This document shows, one piece after another, positions 20,169 to 29,527 of a stretch of DNA of 64,000 nucleotides (positions are counted from its first letter, which is position 1; each line of letters starts with the position of its first letter). The DNA comes from Dehalococcoidia bacterium (lineage in GTDB: Bacteria; Chloroflexota; Dehalococcoidia; Plut-88900): positions 2,589,740-2,653,739 of the forward strand of contig OZ220734.1 in assembly GCA_965116945.1 (NCBI GenBank), written 5' to 3'. The position numbers were made by a program, and so were the translations under genes. The notes beneath the pieces are model-generated. The model saw only the letters and a list, made by a program, of their open reading frames with translations, ran no database searches and was not told where the DNA came from.

Positions 20169-20254
20169 AAAGGAGACAGGTCGGGCTCCTCACGTCTTTG
20201 ACGCGAGTTTTATGACGAAGGCGATAGCTTAGCGTTGACTTGGTAGGGCAGATC

Positions 20255-21022
20255 ATGGCTGTAGCCCAGACCACGGAACGTTGGTGGAGATCCATCGGCC
20301 TGATCGGCGAGGCCAATGTTCTTCACGTCGACCTGCATCCTGATCCCTCTAGGGAAGATCAAGCATCCCAGTGGCTGGATATTCGAGAGCGGCGTCAGCG
20401 TGATAAACTCATTAACCCCGGACCCAGACGCCAGTTCACACTATGCAGGGCCGCACTCCGGGCAATTTTGGGTAGCGAGCTCGGGTGCCCGAGTGAAGAG
20501 CTGAAATTTGGAACGTCCTACTACGGAAAGCCTTTCGCCATCGTAGGAGGGCGCCCTCATCCCATCAGCTTCAACGTCAGCCATAGCAGCAAAAGCGGCA
20601 TAATCGCTCTCGCGCCGGAGGGACGATTGGGTGTGGACGTTGAAGATTTGGCGCCTCGGAACAACATGGAGTTGCTGGCCGAAGCCGCTTTCACCGCCTC
20701 AGAGCAGATCGACTTGGGATCCGTTGATGGGTCCGAAAAGCTGCTTCTGTTCTTCCGAATTTGGACAATGAAGGAAGCCCTTATCAAGGCAGTGGGCATG
20801 GGACTATCCTTGGACATGTCCTCCTTCGAGATTCCAGGGGCAATGCGTCGCGGGACCGCCGATTCAGTCTTTTCCTTCCCGCAGGCTCCTTCTGTATACT
20901 GGAGGCTGGAGAGCATTAGCAACAGAGACTACTGCGCTGCCATCGCCCACGAGATTCGACCGGATAAGACCCGACCTTCCTCCGATATAGCGCGTATTCC
21001 CCCGGAAGGCCCGATGAGTTGA
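20255..21022 (+). CDS. Sfp-type 4'-phosphopantetheinyl transferase
   Basis: YGKP, ISFNVSHS, LGVDVE and WTMKEALIKAVGMG motifs. Confidence 0.92.
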   Translation: MAVAQTTERWWRSIGLIGEANVLHVDLHPDPSREDQASQWLDIRERRQRDKLINPGPRRQFTLCRAALRAILGSELGCPSEELKFGTSYYGKPFAIVGGRPHPISFNVSHSSKSGIIALAPEGRLGVDVEDLAPRNNMELLAEAAFTASEQIDLGSVDGSEKLLLFFRIWTMKEALIKAVGMGLSLDMSSFEIPGAMRRGTADSVFSFPQAPSVYWRLESISNRDYCAAIAHEIRPDKTRPSSDIARIPPEGPMS

Positions 21023-21930
21023 TTAGAGATTGTGCGCCGGTTTGGCAACTGCCTACGCCCCTATCTACCCACGACGTACGGGTAGACGATAATACTTTCA
21101 TTACAATCCGCCGCCATGGCAATCCGGATGGGCCAAGGCTCCTGCTAAGCCACGGCAACGGCTTGGCCATCGACCTCTATTATCCCTACTGGTCGCTGCT
21201 TGCAAACGAGTTCGACCTTTTCGTCCACGATCTTAGAAACCACGGATGGAACAGCGTTGGAAGACTCGAAGGGCACAACGTTCCAACCATGGTGGATGAC
21301 CACGACCGCATCCTTGAAGCCATCGACCTTTCCTACGGGCATAAGCCTACAGCAGGCGTATTCCATTCTGTTGCGTCCATGGTGACCCTGATGTCCCCTG
21401 CAAAAGGGAGCGGATATGAAGCGCTCATATTGTTCGATCCCCCCCTGTGCAAGCCGGGGCGAAACTACGAGGATTTCGAAAATGCAGCCCTGCGCACGGC
21501 TGCTGGGGCTAGGAGACGCACGCAGAACTTCCATTCTTTGAGACAGCTCATTGAAGTTCTGTCTGTAGTCCCGAACTATTCCAGGACCGAGCCTGGGGTC
21601 TGGGAACTTCTGGCTAGGACTACTCTGCGTAAACGTGATGATGGCGAGGGTTATATGCTGCGGTGCCCCCGCGAATACGAAGCGCAGATAATCGATTATG
21701 CATCTGTCTTCGCCGTGGGCATCAACTTTGACTCATTCAAGTGCCCTATCAAGGTAATTGGGGCAGACCCTATACTCCCGTATTCCTTTCTGCCGACGCT
21801 TGACCTCAGTGACGTCCTGAGCGTCGACTACGACTTCCTGCCCGATGCAACTCACTTTCTCCAACTGGAACAGCCGAAGGAATGCGCGAAGATCACCCGA
21901 AAATTCCTGGAGGACATCGGGTTTATCTAA
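21019..21930 (+). CDS. Alpha/beta-hydrolase (candidate thioesterase/acyltransferase of the sup cluster)
   Basis: LSHGNG oxyanion loop, DLRNHG, nucleophile elbow GVFHSVA and C-terminal THFLQLEQP; overlaps the PPTase stop. Confidence 0.85.
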   Translation: MIRDCAPVWQLPTPLSTHDVRVDDNTFITIRRHGNPDGPRLLLSHGNGLAIDLYYPYWSLLANEFDLFVHDLRNHGWNSVGRLEGHNVPTMVDDHDRILEAIDLSYGHKPTAGVFHSVASMVTLMSPAKGSGYEALILFDPPLCKPGRNYEDFENAALRTAAGARRRTQNFHSLRQLIEVLSVVPNYSRTEPGVWELLARTTLRKRDDGEGYMLRCPREYEAQIIDYASVFAVGINFDSFKCPIKVIGADPILPYSFLPTLDLSDVLSVDYDFLPDATHFLQLEQPKECAKITRKFLEDIGFI

Positions 21931-22108
21931 CGCAGAACCGGGCGAGTATTCATTCAAGATGGATTTCGATTTGACCTAGAGGGTTCACTAGGCGGTAGGA
22001 CTTCATTTTCCCTAGAGCAAAGCGCCGAAATACCATGACTGCCCGTGACAAGGGCAATTCCCAGTCAAGCCAGATTTTGCCTAAGACCTTATGGTAGAGT
22101 AAGCAATA

Positions 22109-23074
22109 ATGAATAGTCATCCTTTCGACAACAACTTCTCTCTTACCCCGGAACACAAAGCGCAATTCCATCGCGCTGGATTTGTCAAACTGGAGCAGTT
22201 CTTCAACTCTGCTGTGGTAGATACCCTGCTCGATCGTGTAGATGCTGAAATGAACAGGGGGACGGCCAGTAGTTTAAAGGCCAACTCGATGTTCAACCGG
22301 GCCAAGTATGATTTCGAAACCGAGAGGTCTCATGTCTACGAGTTGCTGGAAAGGCCATATTTTCAGCAGGCTTTTACGGAACTGGTCGGACATGACCTCT
22401 TTTTGACATTCGAAGTGTGCTTCGAACTGGAAAAGAACGTCAGCAAGGGATTTCCCTGGCATGTCGGCGCCCAGAGCTTTGGTTACCAGGTAGCGGAGGA
22501 ATTCGGCTACACAGTGTGGGCCCCGCTGCATCCCGTGGATTCGAAGGGGCAACGAGGCGGGATGGCATATGTACCGGAAAACCTCGTATCCGGCGACTTC
22601 GTTTACCGGCTGGAGTCGGCTATAGTCGAGACCCTGAAGGCCAAAGAAAAGGCCGGGATCAATACGAGCGTGAATGAGTACTTTGGTATGCGCACTGGAA
22701 CGCTCAATTCCCAGACCATGTTGGAGATTCTTGAACATAACCAGGTCGAAGATGATTTCGAACCGGGCGACGTCCTGGTATTCAACAAGAACGTCGTTCA
22801 TAGAAGCGTCATGCTTGGTGAGGGGCCGCTCCCCAGGCGTGCGGCCCACGTAATGCGCTTCGTTGATGCAGCATCCCACTACGATTTACAGCGCGCCAAG
22901 CTCCTGGAATTCCCGGAAGAACAATACGGGAAAGGCTTTTTCCCCTACAGGCCCTTCACCCGACAGCACATCGAAATCGCAGAAGCCGGCGCCCAGGACC
23001 GTGATCTTATCTCGGAATGCGCCTACTTCGACAACCGTGACAAGAGAACAATTCGCCGCGAACACGCTTCCTAA
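22109..23074 (+). CDS. PhyH-fold Fe(II)/2-oxoglutarate-dependent enzyme with HxG motif (putative halogenase)
   Basis: LTPEHKAQFHRAGFVKL N-terminus, PWHVG (H118-x-G120), VWAPL...GGMAYVP and PGDVLVFNKNVVHRS (H231) followed by RRA. Confidence 0.75.
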   Translation: MNSHPFDNNFSLTPEHKAQFHRAGFVKLEQFFNSAVVDTLLDRVDAEMNRGTASSLKANSMFNRAKYDFETERSHVYELLERPYFQQAFTELVGHDLFLTFEVCFELEKNVSKGFPWHVGAQSFGYQVAEEFGYTVWAPLHPVDSKGQRGGMAYVPENLVSGDFVYRLESAIVETLKAKEKAGINTSVNEYFGMRTGTLNSQTMLEILEHNQVEDDFEPGDVLVFNKNVVHRSVMLGEGPLPRRAAHVMRFVDAASHYDLQRAKLLEFPEEQYGKGFFPYRPFTRQHIEIAEAGAQDRDLISECAYFDNRDKRTIRREHAS

Positions 23075-23383
23075 GATTCACTGCACTGCACACCCCACAC
23101 CACCCATTCTCGGTTCAAAATCTCGCCTTAAGAACGGCAAGTCAGTCTCTCCGCAACAAAGGGATGCTGAATCCTTGCCGGATTTGACTACAGCGCGTGC
23201 TAGCGGAGTATTTCCGCTAAATTGTGACCAATTGGCGGACGCAGCCAGTGTTTCCAAGAGTCGCCTATGCACGGTTCCTGGCAAATCTAGGCTTGAACCG
23301 CAGCTATGCAAGCCGTACATCGCGCCACAAGAAATACCACCCAAATTTCTAGCCCTGACTCCCCTGTGCTAGAATCTTCCCTC

Positions 23384-24496
23384 ATGCAGGATATTAAGTA
23401 CTGGGTCGCGTTCAACAGGGTCCCTGGCATCGGCAGGGCACGTTACGCAGCATTGGAAGCCTACTTTGGCTCCCTGGCCACCGCCTGGACTGCCGGCCCC
23501 TCCGACCTCCGAAGAGCCGGTCTCGATAAGCGCTCCATCGCCTCAATCCAGGCCCGGCGCCCTTCCATAGACCCTGACACCTCTATGTCGGACCTGCAGG
23601 CCCGCAGCATCACCCCTCTCACCTGGCACGATGATCGCTACCCCGACCGACTTAAGCAAATCTATGACAAGCCCCCCGTCATCTACGTACGCGGTGAAAT
23701 TAAAGAGCAGGACGACTGGGGAGTCGCCGTCGTCGGCACCCGACAGCCCACCACCTACGGCCGGGAGATGGCCCGCCTTATGTCTACGGAACTGGTCCGC
23801 AACGGCATCACCGTAGTAAGTGGCCTTGCCCGGGGCATCGATTCCGTCGCACATCAATCAGTCCTTGATGCCGGTGGACGCACTATCGCCATACAGGCCT
23901 GTGGCCTCGATATGGTTTACCCGCCCGAGCACCGTCGCCTCGCAGATCAAATCGCAGAGTCCGGCGCCGTCATAAGCGACTATCCCCTCGACACCCGCCC
24001 CCGCCCCGACTACTTTCCCCGCCGGAACCGCATAATGAGCGGGCTCACCCTCGGCACCCTCGTCATAGAGGCCGATGAGAAAAGCGGCGCACTCATAACC
24101 GCCAGCTATGCCCTTGAGCACAACCGGGAGGTCTTCGCCTTGCCCGGCACAATCACATCCCCCAAGAGCAAGGGCCCCAACCGGTTAATCCAGGAGGGTG
24201 CAAAGCTTGTCACCAGCATTGAGGATGTCCTTGAAGAACTCAACCTCAAGGTCGTGCCCGAACAGCTGGTAATGCAGGACCTCATCGAAGTGTCTACTCC
24301 CGAGGCCGATCTTCTGCAGTTCCTTTCTCGTGAGCCCGTCCACATAGACGAAGTCACCCGACAATGCGCCTTGCCGGTATCGACTGTTAGTAGCACACTA
24401 GCTATGATGGAGTTGAAAGGCATAGTGAAGCAGGTCGGTTCAATGACCTACGTCAAAATCAGAGAAACAAGACCCGCATATCCCACACCCGCATAA
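23384..24496 (+). CDS. dprA: DNA-processing protein DprA
   Basis: VAVVGTRQPT, VSGLARGID, FPRRNRIMSGL, EADEKSGALITA and a C-terminal winged helix. Confidence 0.95.
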   Translation: MQDIKYWVAFNRVPGIGRARYAALEAYFGSLATAWTAGPSDLRRAGLDKRSIASIQARRPSIDPDTSMSDLQARSITPLTWHDDRYPDRLKQIYDKPPVIYVRGEIKEQDDWGVAVVGTRQPTTYGREMARLMSTELVRNGITVVSGLARGIDSVAHQSVLDAGGRTIAIQACGLDMVYPPEHRRLADQIAESGAVISDYPLDTRPRPDYFPRRNRIMSGLTLGTLVIEADEKSGALITASYALEHNREVFALPGTITSPKSKGPNRLIQEGAKLVTSIEDVLEELNLKVVPEQLVMQDLIEVSTPEADLLQFLSREPVHIDEVTRQCALPVSTVSSTLAMMELKGIVKQVGSMTYVKIRETRPAYPTPA

Positions 24497-24501
24497 ATAA
24501 C

Positions 24502-26961
24502 ATGGCTGCAAACCTCGTAATCGTAGAATCTCCCGCCAAGGCCCGGACCATCGAGAAAATCCTGGGAAAGGATTTTAGCGTCAAGGCCTCCTTGGGCCAC
24601 GTCCGGGACCTTCCCCAATACCGCTTCGGCGTCAACGTCTCTAAAGACTTTGAGCCCTTCTATGAAGTCCCGAAGGACAAAAAGAAAACCGTTCAGGACC
24701 TTTCCAAGGCGGCAAAGGGCGCCAGCGCCATTTACCTCGCCACCGACCCCGACCGCGAAGGCGAGGCCATTTCCTGGCATCTCCTGGAAGCTTCCAACAT
24801 CAGCGGCGTTCCCGTCCGCCGAGTCGTATTCCACGAAATTACCGAGAGCGCCATCGCAGAAGCCTTCGATAACCCCAGAGAGATCGACATGGACCTCGTC
24901 GACGCCCAGCAGGCCCGACGCATCCTCGACCGTGTTGTGGGATATCGGCTCAGCCCTCTTCTCTGGCGTAAACTGGAAAAGGGCCTCTCCGCCGGCCGCG
25001 TCCAGTCCGCGGCCCTGCGCATGGTCTCCGATCGAGAAGCTGAAGTCACCGCTTTCATCCCTACTGAATACTGGTCCATAGAATCGCAACTCACGAAGGA
25101 AAAGTCCGCAAAGAGAACGGCCTTCAAAGCTCTCCTCCACAACCTTAAGGGCAAGCGCGGCAAGATCTCCATACCGGATGAAGCGGCCAGCAAAATTATC
25201 GCCGACGCCCTTTACGGCGCCTCATACACCATCGCCAAGGTGGACAAGAAGCAGACAAAGCGCCAACCCGCCCCACCCTTCACCACCAGCACCCTTCAGC
25301 AGGAAGCCGGGCGTAAGCTCCGCTTTACAGCTAAGAGGACCATGGCCGTGGCTCAGCAACTCTACGAGGGCCTGCCCATCGGCGCCGAGGGCCAGGTCGG
25401 CCTCATTACCTACATGAGGACCGACTCCCCATCTGTATCTACCGAGGCCCGCAACGAGGCCCGACGCTACATCTCTGAAAAGTTCGGTTCAGAATTCGTC
25501 CCCTCATCCCCACGCGCCTACAAGGCCCGGTCCAAGGGAGCGCAGGAAGCCCACGAGGCCATCCGTCCAACTTCATGCTTCCGAGACCCCGCCTATCTCC
25601 AGGCTTACCTGGACAAGGACCAAATGAAGCTCTATGACCTCATCTGGAAACGCATGCTAGCTAGCCAGATGAGCGCCGCCCTCATAGACCAGACAACAGC
25701 GCACATAGAAGCCGAAAATAAACATACCGATGCCCAATCCCCCACCTATATGTTTAGGGCCACGGGCTCCGTAACCGCCTTCGCCGGCTTTCTGACCCTC
25801 TACCACGAAGACGACGAAGACAGGACAGACGAGAAACAGTCCCCCCTCCCCGTCCTCACCCCTGGGGAAATTCTTGAATTCCTGGAGCTAGAACAGAAGC
25901 AGCATTTCACGCAGCCTCCTCCCCGCTTCACTGAGGCTTCCCTGATAAAGGCCTTGGAGGAAAACGGTATCGGCCGGCCCAGCACCTACGCCCCAACCCT
26001 CTCAACAATTCAGGATCGCAAGTACATCCGCAAGGAAAAGGGTCGAATACACCCCACTGAACTCGGCTTGCGGGTCAACGGCCTGCTTAACGACCACTTC
26101 CCCGACATCGTCAACCTCGGATTCACCGCCGAAATGGAAAGAGAGCTCGACGAGATTTCCCGCGGTGAACGCGAGTGGGTTCCCGTCTTACGTGAATTCT
26201 ACGAGCCCTTCCAGCAAGCCTTGGACAAGGCCTCGGATGCCATCCCCGACGAGGCTACCGGAATGGTATGCGATATCTGCGGCGAGCCCATGGAGGTGAA
26301 GTCAGGCCGCTCGGGCCGGTTCCTATCCTGCAGTGCATACCCCAAGTGCAAGAACGCAAAACCCATCCCGGGCGAGGAGCCCCAGGAGACCGACATCTTC
26401 TGCGAAAAATGCGAACGCCCCATGCTCATCAAGGTGGGTCGTTACGGAAAGTTCCTATCTTGCAGCGGGTACCCTGAATGCAAGAACGCCCGACCCCTCC
26501 CCGGCGATGGGCGTGAAGCTCCCGAGGAAACCTCAGAGGTCTGTGAAAAATGCGATAGCCCCATGGTCATTAGGTCTGGCCGACGCGGCAAATTCCTTGC
26601 TTGCACCGCATACCCCAAATGCAAAAATACCAGGCCCCTTCCAGGTGACGAACGGGAGCAGCCTCAGGAGACCGACGAAGTTTGCGACAAGTGCGATAGC
26701 GCCATGGTCATCAGGTCTGGCCGACGCGGCAAATTCCTTGCTTGCACCGCATACCCCAAATGCAAAAACACCAGGCCCCTTCCAGGGGAACAGTCTCGAC
26801 CGGAGCCCGAGCTCCTGGATGAACCCTGCGAAAAGTGTGGAAAGCCCCTCGCTATCAAGGACGGGCGCAGAGGCAAATTCATAGCCTGTACAGGCTATCC
26901 CAAGTGCAAGAACGCTAGGCCTCTGGTCTCCACGAAAGCGAAGGAGCCCGTACCCGCCTAG
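24502..26961 (+). CDS. topA: DNA topoisomerase I with five C-terminal C4 zinc ribbons
   Basis: LVIVESPAK, ATDPDREGE, SAGRVQS and ITYMRTDS; five CxxC...C..YP.C repeats. Confidence 0.97.
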   Translation: MAANLVIVESPAKARTIEKILGKDFSVKASLGHVRDLPQYRFGVNVSKDFEPFYEVPKDKKKTVQDLSKAAKGASAIYLATDPDREGEAISWHLLEASNISGVPVRRVVFHEITESAIAEAFDNPREIDMDLVDAQQARRILDRVVGYRLSPLLWRKLEKGLSAGRVQSAALRMVSDREAEVTAFIPTEYWSIESQLTKEKSAKRTAFKALLHNLKGKRGKISIPDEAASKIIADALYGASYTIAKVDKKQTKRQPAPPFTTSTLQQEAGRKLRFTAKRTMAVAQQLYEGLPIGAEGQVGLITYMRTDSPSVSTEARNEARRYISEKFGSEFVPSSPRAYKARSKGAQEAHEAIRPTSCFRDPAYLQAYLDKDQMKLYDLIWKRMLASQMSAALIDQTTAHIEAENKHTDAQSPTYMFRATGSVTAFAGFLTLYHEDDEDRTDEKQSPLPVLTPGEILEFLELEQKQHFTQPPPRFTEASLIKALEENGIGRPSTYAPTLSTIQDRKYIRKEKGRIHPTELGLRVNGLLNDHFPDIVNLGFTAEMERELDEISRGEREWVPVLREFYEPFQQALDKASDAIPDEATGMVCDICGEPMEVKSGRSGRFLSCSAYPKCKNAKPIPGEEPQETDIFCEKCERPMLIKVGRYGKFLSCSGYPECKNARPLPGDGREAPEETSEVCEKCDSPMVIRSGRRGKFLACTAYPKCKNTRPLPGDEREQPQETDEVCDKCDSAMVIRSGRRGKFLACTAYPKCKNTRPLPGEQSRPEPELLDEPCEKCGKPLAIKDGRRGKFIACTGYPKCKNARPLVSTKAKEPVPA
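26551..26786 (+). repeat. Near-identical 95-bp direct repeat (period 141 bp) encoding zinc ribbons 3 and 4 of TopA
   Basis: 26551-26645 and 26692-26786 differ at only 3 positions by eye. Confidence 0.9.
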
Positions 26962-26976
26962 ACCCGGGCAATTGCC

Positions 26977-27921
26977 ATGGACGACCTCCTGGACAAATTC
27001 ATACTGCACCTCGAGGGTGAACGTAACCTCTCGCCCTACACCGTGCGCAACTACAGGACAGACCTCTTCCCATACCTGAACTTCCTAGAGGACAACGGCA
27101 TCTACAATCTCGCCCAAGTTGACCGTCACGTCCTCAGGAAATACGTTTCATGGCTCATGACCGAACGCCGTATCCAGGTCACGAAAGGCCTCGCCAAGCA
27201 CGGTCACGACATGCGCAGCGTATCCCGTAAGATCAGCGTACTTCGCACCTTCTACCGTTTCCTCGTCAGGGAAGGCGTCCTGGAAACCAATCCCGTGGCC
27301 CGAATATCCCTCCCCAAGCTGGACAAGAAATTCCCCAAATTCCTCTCTCCCCAGGAAGCCGCCTCCCTGGTAGAAGCCCCCCAGGACCCCACCCCTCAGG
27401 GCCTCCGCGACCGAGCTATCCTGGAATTGCTCTATGCAACAGGCCTACGGGTCAGCGAGGTAGTTAGCCTGGACGTCGATCACTTCACTGACGGCGCCAG
27501 GGAGATTAGGGTGCTGGGAAAAGGCTCCAAGGAACGAGACGTCGTCGCCGGAAAGCAAGCGCTGCAATCCGTAGCCCGATACCTATCTCATGGTAGGCCA
27601 AGGCTCTCCACCAACCCCAAGAACCGCGCCCTGTTTCTCAACATTCAAGGCGGTCGTCTATCTTCCCGCAGCGTCCAGTCCCTTGTCCGAAAATACTCCT
27701 TGGAACAGGGCCTCCACGACCCCGCCCATCCCCACACCCTCCGCCACTCTTTCGCCACTCACCTCCTCGACGGCGGCGCAGACCTGCGCGTAGTTCAGGA
27801 ACTTCTAGGACACGAGAGTCTTGGCACAACTCAGATATACACCCACATGACCACCGCAGAAACACGAAAGACCTATGAAAAGGCCCACCCCAGGGCCCGA
27901 GCCTCGGCGGAAACCCAATGA
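26977..27921 (+). CDS. xerC: Tyrosine recombinase XerC/XerD
   Basis: RDRAILELLYATGLRVSE, GKGSKER, HTLRHSFATHLL and LLGH..LGTTQIY. Confidence 0.9.
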   Translation: MDDLLDKFILHLEGERNLSPYTVRNYRTDLFPYLNFLEDNGIYNLAQVDRHVLRKYVSWLMTERRIQVTKGLAKHGHDMRSVSRKISVLRTFYRFLVREGVLETNPVARISLPKLDKKFPKFLSPQEAASLVEAPQDPTPQGLRDRAILELLYATGLRVSEVVSLDVDHFTDGAREIRVLGKGSKERDVVAGKQALQSVARYLSHGRPRLSTNPKNRALFLNIQGGRLSSRSVQSLVRKYSLEQGLHDPAHPHTLRHSFATHLLDGGADLRVVQELLGHESLGTTQIYTHMTTAETRKTYEKAHPRARASAETQ

Positions 27922-28358
27922 GAATCCTCGTAGTCAACGGCCCCAACCTCAACCGCCTCGGCAAGCGAGACCCGTCACAGTACGGCACCCAAACCCTCGC
28001 CGACGTGGAGTCCGCCATCTCCGCTCGCGCCACCGAGCTAGGCGTAGAGGTCTCCTTCTTCCAGTCTAACCATGAAGGCGCAATTATCGACTTCCTCCAG
28101 GCAGAGTCTGAATCCGCCGACGGCATAGTCATCAACCCCGGCGCACTGACCCACTACGGCCTGTCACTCCGCGACGCCCTCGCCGATACCACCCTCCCCA
28201 TCATCGAGGTCCACCTTTCCAACATTCACGCTAGGGAGAAGTTCCGTTCCGTCTCCGTCATTGCTCCCATAGCTCGCGGCCAGATTGCAGGCCAGGGCTG
28301 GATGGGCTACATTGCCGCCCTCAACCTCATCGTCGAATCTCTCACGCAAACCCGTTAG
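27918..28358 (+). CDS. aroQ: Type II 3-dehydroquinate dehydratase
   Basis: NGPNLNRLGKR..QYG, INPGALTH and EVHLSNIHARE. Confidence 0.96.
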   Translation: MRILVVNGPNLNRLGKRDPSQYGTQTLADVESAISARATELGVEVSFFQSNHEGAIIDFLQAESESADGIVINPGALTHYGLSLRDALADTTLPIIEVHLSNIHAREKFRSVSVIAPIARGQIAGQGWMGYIAALNLIVESLTQTR

Positions 28359-28370
28359 GATAGAACTACC

Positions 28371-29471
28371 ATGAGCACATTGGATAGGACGCAAAAGCTC
28401 AGGCAAAGCCTGGAAGAATCGGGGCTGGACGCAATCCTCATCTCCCAACCCGAAAACCGTTTTTACCTGTCAGGTTTCAACGGCTCTTCTGGTTTTCTCA
28501 TCGTCTCCCGGGACCACGCCTTCATAGCCACCGACTTCCGTTACTTCGAGCAGACTGAGCGCCAATGCCCCGACTACAACCTGCTCAAGATGACCGGCGG
28601 CAGACCCCTTGGTTGGTTCCACGAGGCCCTCGCCCAGATTAAACCCAAACGAATTGGCTTCGAATCGTCAGACGTTTCTTTCGCCTTCTACTCTGCCATT
28701 AAGCGTTCTCTCTCGGAACTCCCCTCCGACGCACGGCCTCGGCTGATGTCCACCCGCAACCTCGTAGAGGCCCTCCGCGAAGTCAAAGAAGCCGCGGAAA
28801 TCGCAGAGATCGACAAAGCAGCATCCTACGCCGATGCCGCCCTCGCCAACGTGGTCCCTACCATCAGTCCTGGCACGACCGAGAAACAGGTCGCCTGGGA
28901 TCTGGAAAAGGCCATGCGTGAGGCCGGCGCCGACTCAATAAGCTTCGACACCATCGTCGCCTCCGGCCCCAACGGCGCCCTTCCCCACCACCGCCCCTCC
29001 GATAAGCAGCTCCAGGAAGGTGAGCTTATCGTCATAGATATGGGTGCTAAGATCAACGGTTACTGCAGTGACATCACCCGCACCATCGTAGTGGGCCGCC
29101 CCGACGCCCGGACCGACAAGGTCTATCACACCGTGCTTGAAGCTCAGCTCAACGCCATTGAAGAAGTACGTGCCGGAATGACCGGCCATGACGCCGACTC
29201 CCTCGCCCGCACAGTTATCGATAACGCCGGCTACGGCGAACAATTCGGACACTCCCTCGGCCACGGCATTGGCCTCGCCGTCCACGAAGTCCCCGTCGTC
29301 GGGCCCCGGGGCGGCAGCGTCCTGGGAAAGAACATGGTGTTCACCATTGAACCTGGCATATACATCCCGGGTTGGGGCGGCGTCAGAATCGAAGACATGG
29401 TAGTCTTGGAAAATGGCAAAGTCCGGGTGATTACGCAAACTGCCAAAGGAATTGACTTAGCCAGCAATTGA
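28371..29471 (+). CDS. Xaa-Pro aminopeptidase (M24 family)
   Basis: IDMGA...YCSDITRT, GHSLGHGIGLAVHE, TIEPGIY and GVRIED. Confidence 0.93.
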   Translation: MSTLDRTQKLRQSLEESGLDAILISQPENRFYLSGFNGSSGFLIVSRDHAFIATDFRYFEQTERQCPDYNLLKMTGGRPLGWFHEALAQIKPKRIGFESSDVSFAFYSAIKRSLSELPSDARPRLMSTRNLVEALREVKEAAEIAEIDKAASYADAALANVVPTISPGTTEKQVAWDLEKAMREAGADSISFDTIVASGPNGALPHHRPSDKQLQEGELIVIDMGAKINGYCSDITRTIVVGRPDARTDKVYHTVLEAQLNAIEEVRAGMTGHDADSLARTVIDNAGYGEQFGHSLGHGIGLAVHEVPVVGPRGGSVLGKNMVFTIEPGIYIPGWGGVRIEDMVVLENGKVRVITQTAKGIDLASN

Positions 29472-29527
29472 TGAGTTTTGCCGTTGTCCCTGCCCATTGA
29501 CGGAAAACTCTGACTGAGGAACCATTT

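Noticed and set aside
26260-26930. CRISPR-like repeat array
   Set aside because: The repeats are in-frame protein zinc-ribbon units within topA, not repeat-spacer units.
26977-27921. Tyrosine recombinase as an integrase for the accessory block
   Set aside because: It lies in the housekeeping dprA-topA-xerC context and has core-like composition; no att or dif site was recognised.
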